Source: Macrostomum lignano
Lineage: Eukaryota
Direction: 5' to 3'
Assembly: GCA_002269645.1 (NCBI GenBank)
Contig: NIVC01000037.1
Coordinates: 868,001 to 932,000, forward strand
Length of the DNA stretch: 64,000 nucleotides
Within the stretch, counting starts at the first letter, position 1. Every line of letters begins with the position of its first letter. The position numbers and the translations under genes are program-made. Positions 52,850-64,000 of the stretch are shown one piece after another. A model generated the notes under the pieces. It saw nothing but the letters and a program-made list of their open reading frames with translations. It made no database searches and was not told where the DNA came from.

Positions 52850-54580
52850 TGATGTAACATGTAGCATTTTACACACGTTTATGTAGCATGTAGCATTTTA
52901 CACCCGTTTTATGTAGCATGTGGCATTTTACACCCGTTTTATGTAGCATGTAGCATTTTACACCCGTTTTATGTAACATGTAGCATTTCACACCCGTTTT
53001 ATGTTGCATGTAGCATTTCAAACCCGTTTTATGTAGCATGTAGCATTTTACACCCGTTTTATGTAGCATGTAGCATTTCAAACCCGTTTTATGTAACATG
53101 TAGCATTTCACACCCGTTTTATGCAACATGTAGCATTTCACACCCGTTTTATGTAACATGTAGCATTTTACACCCGTTTTATGTAACATGTAGCATTTCA
53201 CACCCGTTTTATGTAGCATGTAGCATTTTACACCCGTTTTATGTAACATGTAGCATTTTACACCCGTTTTATGTAGCATGTAGCATTTTACACCCGTTTT
53301 ATGTAGCATGTAGCATTTTACACCCGTTTTATGTAACATGTTGCATTTCACACCCGTTTTATGTAACATGTAGCATTTCACACACGTTTTATGTAGCATG
53401 TAGCATTTTACACCCGTTTTATGTAACATGTAGCATTTCACACACGTTTTATGTAGCATGTAGCATTTTACACCCGTTTTATGTAACATTAGCATTTCAC
53501 ACCCGTTTTATGTAACATGTAGCATTTCACACCCGTTTTATGTAACATTAGCATTTCACACCCGTTTTATGTAACATGTAGCATTTCACACCCGTTTTAT
53601 GTAACATTAGCATTTCACACCCGTTTTATGTAACATGTAGCATTTCACACCCGTTTTATGTAACATGTAGCATTTCACACCCGTTTTATGTAACATGTAG
53701 CATTTCACACCCGTTTTATGTAACATGTAGCATTTCACACCCGTTTTATGTAACATGTAGCATTTCACACCCGTTTTATGTAACATGTAGCATTTCACAC
53801 CCGTTTTATGTAGCATGTAGCATTTCACACCCGTTTTATGTAACATGTAGCATTTCACACCCGTTTTATGTAGCATGTAGCATTTTACACCCGTTTTATG
53901 TAGCATGTAGCATTTCACACCCGTTTTATGTAGCATGTAGCATTTTACACCCGTTTTATGTAGCATGTAGCATTTTACACCCGTTTTATGTAACATGTAG
54001 CATTTCACACCCGTTTTATGTAGCATGTAGCATTTCACACCCGTTTTATGTAGCATGTAGCATTTCACACCCGTTTTATGTAGCATGTAGCATTTTACAC
54101 CCGTTTTATGTAGCATGTAGCATTTTACACCCGTTTTATGTAGCATGTAGCATTTCACACCCGTTTTATGTAGCATGTAGCATTTTACACCCGTTTTATG
54201 TAGCATGTAGCATTTCACACCCGTTTTATGTAGCATGTAGCATTTCACACCCGTTTTATGTAGCATGTAGCATTTTACACCCGTTTTATGTAGCATGTAG
54301 CATTTCACACCCGTTTTATGTAGCATGTAGCATTTTACACCCGTTTTATGTAGCATGTAGCATTTCACACCCGTTTTATGTAACATGTAGCATTTTACAC
54401 CCGTTTTATGTAACATGTAGCATTTTACACCCGTTTTATGTAACATGTAGCATTTTACACCCGTTTTATGTAACATGTAGCATTTTACACCCGTTTTATG
54501 TAACATGTAGCATTTTACACCCGTTTTATGTAACATGTAGCATTTTACACCCGTTTTATGTAACATGTAGCATTTTACAC
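52850..54580. repeat. Minisatellite, 30-bp unit cattttacacccgttttatgtagcatgtag
   Basis: About 57 copies (MLHKTGVKCY ORFs). Confidence 0.96.
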
Positions 54581-55416
54581 CGATGTTGCGTAGTTTTTTA
54601 GACAAGGCTTATGCAACTTTTACGCTCGCTTTGTTAGCTTTTTAAATTTTTACATGATAATGTCGTTCTGTTTTATGTAGGCAAGCATAATTTAAGTCAG
54701 TCATTGATGGAGAAAATTTTCCCAGAAAAAAAACTTGCAAAAGACCATTCCAGGTCCTCAGTTCTCCCTTCCTAAATCCCACTCATTCGTTCGTCCCGTC
54801 TGTCTCTGCCATTCTTGATCCTAATCTGCTGCTCTCAGATCTCTCCCTCTCTCTCTGTTGTAATTGTCCAAAACAACGTAATCCCATTCGGAATTGGGAT
54901 TTCCCCACTTTCGCTCAGCAGGGATATAAGTCTGTCTAAGTCCCGGCGAATAGATAATTAATTACTCCCCCCCCCCTACCAACCCCTCGAACTCCTGCTG
55001 GATTGGAAATTAGCATAGCCAAGGACTCCTAGAACCAGTGTCTGGTGGCCTCTAATTTTAGATTGATTCAATATCAGGAAACATTTCAAACCTTAAACAA
55101 TTTAAACACTTTTCAGACAATAGGAGTCCTCATCCAATACTTGGTCTACGAGATCATTCATTGTCTGAAATTCAGCCTGAAGAGTCAACTATAATCAGTC
55201 ACCAATCCACTCACACACTCGTTTGGAAAGTACGAGTAGCTAAAGTTGATATCGTAAGAGAGTGTAGAAACACAATTGTCTATGGCAAAAACCACAAGCC
55301 AGACAGTGCACTCAAAAGCTGTGCATCTCTCCATTCAGTCATGCACAAGAGAAATCGGAATTTTCTTTTTTTGTCTATGGCAGACCCCCGCTTGAGAAGA
55401 ATCAAGTTGCTTTGGG

Positions 55417-57028
55417 CAGGGGCGTCACCATGGATTTTATGGTGGGGGGGGGTGACAAAGCCAAGAATTCTATCTGTACATGTACATGACTAAATTCGTA
55501 CATTTCCATTATTTTAAGAATCATTTCAGCTCATTTTAGCGCCGCAGGCACTCATTTTGGCGCCGCAGGCACTCATTTTAGCGCCGTAGGCACTCATTTT
55601 AGCGCCGCAGGCACTCATTTTAGCGCCGAAGGCACTCATTTTGGCGCCGCAGGCACTCATTTTAGCGCCGCAGGCAATCATTTTAGCGCCGCAGGCACTC
55701 ATTTTGGCGCCGCAGGCACTCATTTTAGCGCCGCAGGCACTCGTTTTAGCGCCGCAGGCACTCATTTTAGCGCCGTAGGCACTCATTTTAGCGCCGCAGG
55801 CACTCATTTTAGCGCCGCAGGCACTCATTTTGGCGCACTCATTTTAGCACCGCAGGCACTCATTTTAGCACCGCAGGCACTCATTTTAGCACCGCAGGCA
55901 CTCATTTTAGCGCCGCAGGCACTCATTTTAGCACCGCAGGCACTCATTTTAGCACCGCAGGCACTCATTTTAGCACCGCAGGCACTCATTTTAGCGCCGC
56001 AGGCACTCATTTTAGCGCCTCAGGCACTCATTTTAGCACCGCAGGCACTCATTTTGGCGCCGCAGGCAATCATTTTAGCGCCGTAGGCACTCATTTTGGC
56101 GCCGCAGGCACTCATTTTAGCGCCGCAGGCACTCATTTTAGCGCCGCAGGCACTCATTTTAGCGCCGCAGGCACTCATTTTAGCGCCGCAGGCACTCATT
56201 TTAGCGCCGCAGGCACTCATTTTAGCGCCGCAGGCACTCATTTTAGCGCCGCAGGCACTCATTTTAGCGCCGCAGGCACTCATTTTGGCGCAACAGGCAC
56301 TCATTTTAGCGCCGCAGGCAATCATTTTAGCGCCGCAGGCACTCATTTTGGCGCCGCAGGCACTCATTTTAGCGCCGCAGGCACTCGTTTTAGCGCCGCA
56401 GGCACTCATTTTAGCGCCGTAGGCACTCATTTTAGCGCCGCAGGCACTCATTTTAGCGCCGCAGGCACTCATTTTGGCGCACTCATTTTAGCACCGCAGG
56501 CACTCATTTTAGCACCGCAGGCACTCATTTTAGCGCCGCAGGCACTCATTTTAGCGCCGCAGGCAATCATTTTAGCGCCGCAGGCACTCATTTTAGCGCC
56601 GCAGGCACTCATTTTGGCGCAACAGGCACTCATTTTAGCGCCGCAGGCACTCATTTTAGCGCCGCAGGCACTCTTTTTAGCGCCGCAGGCACTCATTTTG
56701 GCGGCGCAGGCACTCATTTTAGCGCCTCAGGCACTCATTTTGGCGGCGCAGGCACTCATTTTAGCGCCGCAGGCACTCATTTTAGCGCCGCAGGCACTCA
56801 TTTTAGCGCCGCAGGCACTCATTTTGGCGCAACAGGCACTCATTTTAGCGCCGCAGGCACTCATTTTGGCGGCGCAGGCGCTATATTTTGTCACCCTGAA
56901 GCAAAATTATTGATTTCCATAACGGGTCAAAGTGAGGGTGGGGGGGGGCAAAGCATGGGCATGTCCCCTCCATAGATTTTACTGGGGGGGACATGTCCCC
57001 CCTGTGTCCCCTGGTGGAGACACCCCTG
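55417..57028. mobile_element. Non-autonomous hAT-type DNA transposon filled with a 21-bp minisatellite
   Basis: Left TIR CAGGGGCGTCACCA (55417-55430); right TIR reverse complement CAGGGGTGTCTCCA (57015-57028), 12/14 match. Identical 8-bp flanks GCTTTGGG at 55409-55416 and 57029-57036 form the TSD. The interior 55530-56878 is (ttttagcgccgcaggcactca)n. Confidence 0.85.
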
Positions 57029-57702
57029 GCTTTGGGGAATAAGCTTGCACTCCAAATGCTGGCGCTAGCACTCCTTGACTTATCTAGCCGCCATACGGAA
57101 TGGAACTGAGCGGGTGATGGTCCGACACAGAGGGGACCTACCCCTGGGGGGCTTAAAAGATTGATGGGTTAATGTTAATAATAACGCCAAATATGGGAAT
57201 ACGATTTTGACCTGTCGTCTTTTGACTTCGAATTCTTATAAAATAGTTGAAGCAGTCTTGGTTTCGAAACTCAAGTCTCAAGGGTCCTGTCTGTCGGTCG
57301 GTTGTGGGATCTGACTTGAGCGGAGTATGAGAAATATGGTTAATGGGAGTGGCGTGTGTATATATGTAGGAATCTTCAAGGCGACTGAACACGAGGTGAA
57401 TCCCTGTGAGACAATTGCTATCGTTTTTAAAAATCAATGGCCCTGTTTACCTGACTGATCTTCTCCCAAAAATAAGTCTGGAAGGAAATGGCAACGGTTG
57501 GCGGAGGCATAGCAACCCAACTTCCGCATGGAGGCGCTGGCCAAGCATTGGATAGCGGCGTGTCATTAATTATCATTAGCGATTTTGAAAAATGCGACCC
57601 TAAGTCGAACGAGAGTGCGCAGGCCTGCTAGATAACCTGGTATATCTGGTTTTGGAATTTTGCTGCCTTCAAAGGATATAGGAGTAGCTTTAGATCCCAC
57701 TG

Positions 57703-59213
57703 AGGAACGGGGATTTAGGTACACTGATCCCACTGAGGAACGGGGATTTAGGTACACTGATCCCACTGAGGAACAGGGATTTAGGTACACTGATCCCACT
57801 GAGGAACGGGGATTTAGGTACACTGATCCAACTGAGGAACGGGGATTTAGGTACACTGATCCAACTGAGGAACGGGGATTTAGGTACACTGATCCCACTG
57901 AGGAACGGGGATTTAGGTACACTGATCCCACTGAGGAACGGGGATTTAGGTACACTGATCCAACTGAGGAACAGGGATTTAGGTACACTGATCCCACTGA
58001 GGAACGGGGATTTAGGTACACTGATCCCACTGAGGAACGGGGATTTAGGTACACTGATCCCACTGAGGAACGGGGATTTAGGTACACTGATCCCAATGAG
58101 GAACGGGGATTTAGGTACACTGATCCCACTGAGGAACGGGGATTTAGGTACACTGATCCCACTGAGGAACGGGAATTTAGGTACACTGATCCAACTGAGG
58201 AACAGGGATTTAGGTACACTGATCCCACTGAGGAACGGGGATTTAGGTACACTGATCCCACTGAGGAACGGGGATTTAGGTACACTGATCCAACTGAGGA
58301 ACGGGGATTTAGGTACACAGATCCCACTGAGGAACAGGGATTTAGGTACACTGATCCCACTGAGGAACGGGGATTTAGGTACACTGATCCCACTGAGGAA
58401 CGGGGATTTAGGTACACTGATCCCACAGAGGAACAGGGATTTAGGTACACTGATCCCACTGAGGAACAGGGATTTAGGTACACTGATCCCAATGAGGAAT
58501 AGGGATTTAGGTACACTGATCCCACAGAGGAACAGGGATTTAGGTACAGAGATCCCACTGAGGAACAGGGATTTAGGTACACAGATTCTACTGAGGAACA
58601 GGGATTTAGGTACACTGATCCCACTGAGGAACAGGGATTTAGGTACACTGATTCCAATGAGGAACATGGATTTAGGTACACAGATCCAACTGAGGAACAG
58701 GGATTTAGGTACACAGATTCTACTGAGGAACAGGGATTTAGGTACACAGATCCCACTGAGGAACAGGGATTTAGGTACACTGATTCCAATGAGGAACATG
58801 GATTTAGGTACACAGATCCAACTGAGGAACAGGGATTTAGGTACACAGATCCCACTGAGGAACAGGGATTTAGGTACACAGATCCAACTGAGGAACAGGG
58901 ATTTAGGTACACAGATTCTACTGAGGAACAGGGATTTAGGTACACTGATCCAACTGAGGAACAGGGATTTAGGTACACTGATCCCACAGAGGAACAGGGA
59001 TTTAGGTACACAGATCCAACTGAGGAACAGGGATTTAGGTACACAGATCCCACTGAGGAACAGGGATTTAGGTACACTGATCCAACTGAGGAACAGGGAT
59101 TTAGGTACACTGATCCCACAGAGGAACAGGGATTTAGGTACACTGATCCAACTGAGGAACAGGGATTTAGGTACACTGATCCCATAGAGGAACAGGGATT
59201 TAGGTACACTGAT
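57703..59213. repeat. Minisatellite, 33-bp unit gatcccactgaggaacggggatttaggtacact
   Basis: About 45 copies. Confidence 0.96.
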
Positions 59214-60294
59214 CCGGCTGTGAAAGAGGGACAGTAACAGAAGCATACACCATAAAATTCGTGGTTAATGCATTAATTAGATAAAAATATAATGTTTGCA
59301 GCCAGTTTCTAACAAATATCTTATTAGTCGCTGCATTTTTTGTTCAAATGCATATCATGTAATATACTCATCATATCATATCATGTACTCGTACTTTGGC
59401 ATTGGCTACCGTCTAGACAGATTTTTCTGTCTGCTTTCTTGGCTCGTTAATAATAAAAAGAATAAATGAAAGATAGGTAAGGTAGTGAGAGAGAGAGATT
59501 TGTTCTCAAACGCATATCTGCAGAGGCCAGAAATTTGTGGGTACTATTATTCTGCTTACATTGCTATTTAGTGCCATTATAATGTGCTATTCAAGCACTC
59601 CAGTCGAGAGAGAGAGAGAGTTAAGTTGCTATACTGACTTTTGCGCCCTCAAGTGCAGCTCTCCTCAAACCCTCCGGCGGTTCAGGGTCCTCTCGTAGCT
59701 TTGATGCTTGCCGCCGGCACTGTTTCCAGACTGCCTGCTAGCTGCCGTTTCTCTGGCCCGGGGACTTCTGAAAACAGAGGTCCTTGGACGGGCGTAGTTT
59801 CCAAATTTCGGGTCTGCTAGTAGTCCATGGCTCAGGCGGCGCCTTCGTCTGCCTTTCTCTTTCTGCATAGAATGGTGTGGAATCGAGATGGTCGGCCCGG
59901 AGTCAAAGGCTCTCTCCCTCTCTCTCTGGGCTCCTGCGCCACCTGCGGCAGCAGCTAGCAGCAAAAAAAGTTAGAAAAAATCCAGTCAAAAAAAGAAACC
60001 AAACCCCTCTCATTGCGCACTAGAAATGTTATAAGCCATAGCGCCTACAGTGGGCGGTACACGCAATTGTAGCGGGTTCTCTGCCTGAAACAGAAGCCAT
60101 AAATTTTGCCGCCTGTCTCAGGCTCTGCCACCCCCACCCCCCTCCCTCAGAACCCATTCGGCCGAAACTCTATCTTGGCTATATTGAACAATTAGTTTAT
60201 GGAGTTAATAATATTCTAACTAAATAAACAGGTATATAGCTGCTAGCTATTCTGACCGTACTAAATGTCTGCCATGACCTAGTGTCAGAGTGAG

Positions 60295-61460
60295 ATGCTG
60301 GCGCCACAACCACATTAGTGTCAGCTGCTGGCGCCACAACCACCATATTGTCAGCAGCTGGCGCCACAATCACATTGTGTCAGCAGCTGGCGCCACAATC
60401 ACATTGTGTCAGCAGCTGGCGCCACAATCACATTAGTGTCAGCTGCTGGCGTCACAACCACCCTAGTGTCAGCTGCTGGCGCCACAACCATCTTAGTACC
60501 AGCTGCTGGCGCCACAACCACCATATTGTCAGCTGCTGGCGCCACAACCACCATATTGTCAGCAGCTGGCGCCACAATCACATTGTGTCAGCAGCTGGCG
60601 CCACAATCACATTGTGTCAGCAGCTGGCGCCACAATCACATTAGTGTCAGATGCTGGCGTCACAACCACCCTAGTGTCAGCTGCTGGCGCCACAACCATC
60701 TTAGTACCAGCTGCTGGCGCCAAAACCACCATATTGTCAGCTGCTGGCGCCACAACCACCATATTGTCAGCAGCTGGCGCCACAATCACATTGTGTCAGC
60801 AGCTGGCGCCACAATCACATTGTGTCAGCAGCTGGCGCCACAATCACATTAGTGTCAGCTGCTGGCGTCACAACCACCCTAGTGTCAGCTGCTGGCGCCA
60901 CAACCATCTTAGTACCAGCTGCTGGCGCCACAACCACCATATTGTCAGCTGCTGGCGCCACAACCACCATATTGTCAGCAGCTGGCGCCACAATCACATT
61001 GTGTCAGCAGCTGACGTCACAACCACCCTAGTGTCAGCTGCTGGCGTCACAACCACCCTAGTGTCAGCTGCTGGCGCCACAATCATCTTAGTACCAGCTG
61101 CTGGCGCCACAACCACCATATTGTCAGCTGCTGGCGCCACAACCACCATATTGTCAGCAGCTGGCGCCACAATCACATTGTGTCAGCAGCTGACGTCACA
61201 ACCACCCTAGTGTCAGCTGCTGGCGCCACAACGATCTTAGTATCAGCTGCTGGCGCCACAATCACATTAGTGTCAGCAGCTGACGTCACAACCACCATAT
61301 TGTCAGCAGCTGGCGCCACAATCACATTAGTGTCAGCTGCTGGCGCCACAACCACCCTAGTGTCAGCTGCTGGCGCCACAATCACATTAGTGTCAGCTGC
61401 TGGCGCCACAACCACCCTAGTGTCAGCTGCTGGCGCCACAACCACCCTAGTGTCAGCTGT
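60295..61460. repeat. Minisatellite, ~24-30-bp unit tgtcagctgctggcgccacaaccacc, with a 208-bp higher-order repeat
   Basis: Identical minus-strand ORFs at 60399, 60607 and 60815 show the 208-bp periodicity. Confidence 0.92.
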
Positions 61461-61863
61461 TGTCACGGCGGCCGTAATAGTCAGGGCACTCCTAGTTTCA
61501 GGTAGAGTAGATCGAAACAGTCCTATTGATAATGAGTCTACTATCAATAATTGGGAAAAACTCCAATTCGGAATGATTATTCCCCAGCCCCCTCCCCCCG
61601 GTACACCTCGCCGCCTCATCTCTTCGCCTATTCGCCAGCGTTTAGGCGAGAGAATCCAGGAGGAGGAGAGCCGCCCCCCTCCCCAGGCCCGGCCGCTCCG
61701 GACCAACCGGCCGTTTTCAAGCCGGGTCGCGTGCGAATTAAATCTCTCTCTCTCTCTCTCTCTCTCACCCTCTCTCTAATATAACTGCCAGATTTGATTC
61801 GATTTTTAAAGCCGCCCGCTGCGACAACTATCTATTCCATATATCAGACATATATTAAACCCG

Positions 61864-62131
61864 ATGACTGGGGTGCAGCGCAACTCGCAGCAGCACAGAG
61901 CAGGGATGCATCAGCAGCATCAGCAGATGCTGCATGGCGGTCTACCACATCCAATCTATCCCTGGATGATGGAGACTCGAGGCCACAGCGCTGGCGGAGC
62001 AGGAGGCGGCGGCGGTGGCGGTGGCCATAGCCGATCCGCTTCAAGGACAGCTCAGTCGGGACGTCAGTCTGCAGTGGACGGCGTCGGCTTTGACATGGAA
62101 TCGGCGACCGAGTTTAGCAAAGGAGATGCTG
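61864..62131 (+). CDS. Hox gene hexapeptide exon, probably Hox3-like; homeobox lies beyond the window
   Basis: MTGVQRNSQQHRAGMHQQHQQMLHGGLPHPIYPWMMETRGHSAGGAGGGG...; YPWM at 61957-61968; strong donor G|GTAAGT at 62132 (phase 1). The (Y/F)PWMxE(S/T)R context and a linker of more than 50 aa are typical of paralogy group 3. The ATG follows an in-frame stop at 61807. Confidence 0.75.
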
Positions 62132-62159
62132 GTAAGTGAAGACTTTGAAGCTGCGGAGA

Positions 62160-63797
62160 GATGGGCGAGAGAGAGAGAAATGCAGGGAGATAACAGAGAA
62201 GGGAGATAAGGGAGATAAGAGAGAAATGTAGGGAGATAACAGAAACGCAGGGAGGTAAGAGAGAAATTGCAGGGAGATATGCGAGAGCGAGAGAGAAATG
62301 CAGGGAGATGTGCGAAAGAGAGAGAGGAATGCAGGGAGATGCGCGAGAGAGAGAGAGGAATGCAGGGAGATGCGCGCGAGAGAGAGGAATGCAGGGAGAT
62401 GCGCGAGAGAGAGAGAGGAATGTAGGGAGATGTGCGAGAGAGAGAAATGCAGGGAGATGTGCAAGAGAGAGAAATGCAGGGAGATGTGCGAGAGAGAGAA
62501 ATGCGGGGAGATGTAGGGAGATAAGAGAGAAACGCAGGGAGATAAGAGAGAAACGCAGGGAGATAAGAGAGAAGCGCAGGGAGATAAGAGAGAAACGCAG
62601 GGAGATAAGAGAGAAACGCAGGGAGATAAGAGAGAAGCGCAGGGAGATAAGAGAGAAACGCAGGGAGATAAGAGAGAAGCGCAGGGAGATAAGAGAGAAA
62701 CGCAGGGAGATAAGAGAGAAGCGCAGGGAGATAAGAGAGCAACTCAGGGAGATAAGAGAGCAACGCAGGGAGATAAGAGAGAAACGCAGGGAGATAAGAG
62801 AGAAACGCAGGGAGATAAGAGAGAAACGCAGGGAGATAAGAGAGAAACGCAGGGAGATAAGAGAGAAACGCAGGGAGATAAGAGAGAAACACAGGGAGAT
62901 AAGAGAGCAACGCAGGGAGATAAGAGAGAAACGCAGGGAGATAAGAGAGAAACGCATGGAGATAAGAGAGAAACGCAGGGAGATAAGAGAGAAGCGCAGG
63001 GAGATAAGAGAGAAGCGCAGGGAGATAAGAGAGAAGCGCAGGGAGATAAGAGAGAAGCGCAGGGAGATAAGAAAGAAACGCAGGGAGATAAGAGAGCAAC
63101 GCAGGGAGATAAGAGAGCAACGCAGGGAGATAAGAGAGCAACGCAGGAGATAAGAGAGAAGCGCAGGGAGATAAGAGAGCAACGCAGGGAGATAAGAGAG
63201 CAACGCAGGGAGATAAGAGAGAAACGCAGGGAGATAAGAGAGCAACGCAGGGAGATAAGAGAGCAACGCAGGGAGATAAGAGAGCAACGCAGGGAGATAA
63301 GAGAGAAACGCAGGGAGATAAGAAAGAAACGCAGGGAGATAAGAGAGCAACGCAGGGAGATAAGAGAGCAACGCAGGGAGATAAGAGAGAAACGCAGGGA
63401 GATAAGAGAGAAACGCAGGGAGATAAGAGAGAAACGCAGGGAGATAAGAGAGAAACGCAGGGAGATAAGAGAGCAACGCAGGGAGATAAGAGAGAAACGC
63501 AGGGAGATAAGAGAGCAACGCAGGGAGATAAGAGAGCAACGCAGGGAGATAAGAGAGCAACGCAGGGAGATAAGAGAGCAACGCAGGGAGATAAGAGAGC
63601 AACGCAGGGAGATAAGAGAGAAGCGCAGGGAGATAAGAGAGCAACGCAGGGAGATAAGAGAGAAACGCAGGGAGATAAGAGAGAAACGCAGGGAGATAAG
63701 AGAGCAACGCAGGGAGATAAGAGAGCAACGCAGGGAGATAAGAGAGAAACGCAGGGAGATAAGAGAGAAACGCAGGGAGATAAGAGAGCAACGCAGG
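62160..63797. repeat. Purine-rich minisatellite, 21-bp unit gcagggagataagagagaaac, in the Hox intron
   Basis: Tandem copies (REIREKR / LSYLPAL ORFs). Confidence 0.95.
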
Positions 63798-64000
63798 AAG
63801 AAAGAATTCGGAGTCAGAGAAAGAAACGCGGGCAGATACGGAGAGAGATAAACGCAGTGAAAGGGCATGAACTGACTGTGTGTGAACAGAGACAGCAAGC
63901 CCCTTTGCTATAATATTTTAACTCCACGCGCGTATCAAAGTCGCAAATGGATGCTCTTCAGGCTGAGAATCGAGCCCAGTCAGTCCCGATGCCTGCGCAG

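Overview
This is animal genomic DNA from a spiralian, based on the Post2-type homeodomain. The long-loop miRNA, poly-Q/A/G exons and satellite load suggest a free-living flatworm such as Macrostomum (inference). Roughly 40% of the window is micro/minisatellite arrays, which produce most of the long ORFs in the track. Genes supported by the sequence are: a divergent class-A 7TM GPCR with a 1-nt frameshift (13.2-14.5 kb, +); two tandem two-exon TRPV-like channel genes (19.2-24.6 kb, +); a three-exon posterior Hox gene Post2 (26.5-29.4 kb, -); a miR-993 (Mir-10 family) hairpin (49.7-49.8 kb, -); and the YPWM hexapeptide exon of a second, probably Hox3-like, Hox gene (61.9-62.1 kb, +) whose homeobox lies beyond the window. 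Mobile DNA comprises a Tc1 transposase fragment, a tRNA-headed CORE-SINE and a minisatellite-filled non-autonomous hAT element with an 8-bp TSD. The main finding is a compact, rearranged Hox cluster remnant: Post2(-) / miR-993(-) / Hox3-like(+). The ancestral miR-993-Hox3 geometry is kept, Post2 is inverted, and I found no central Hox gene between them.
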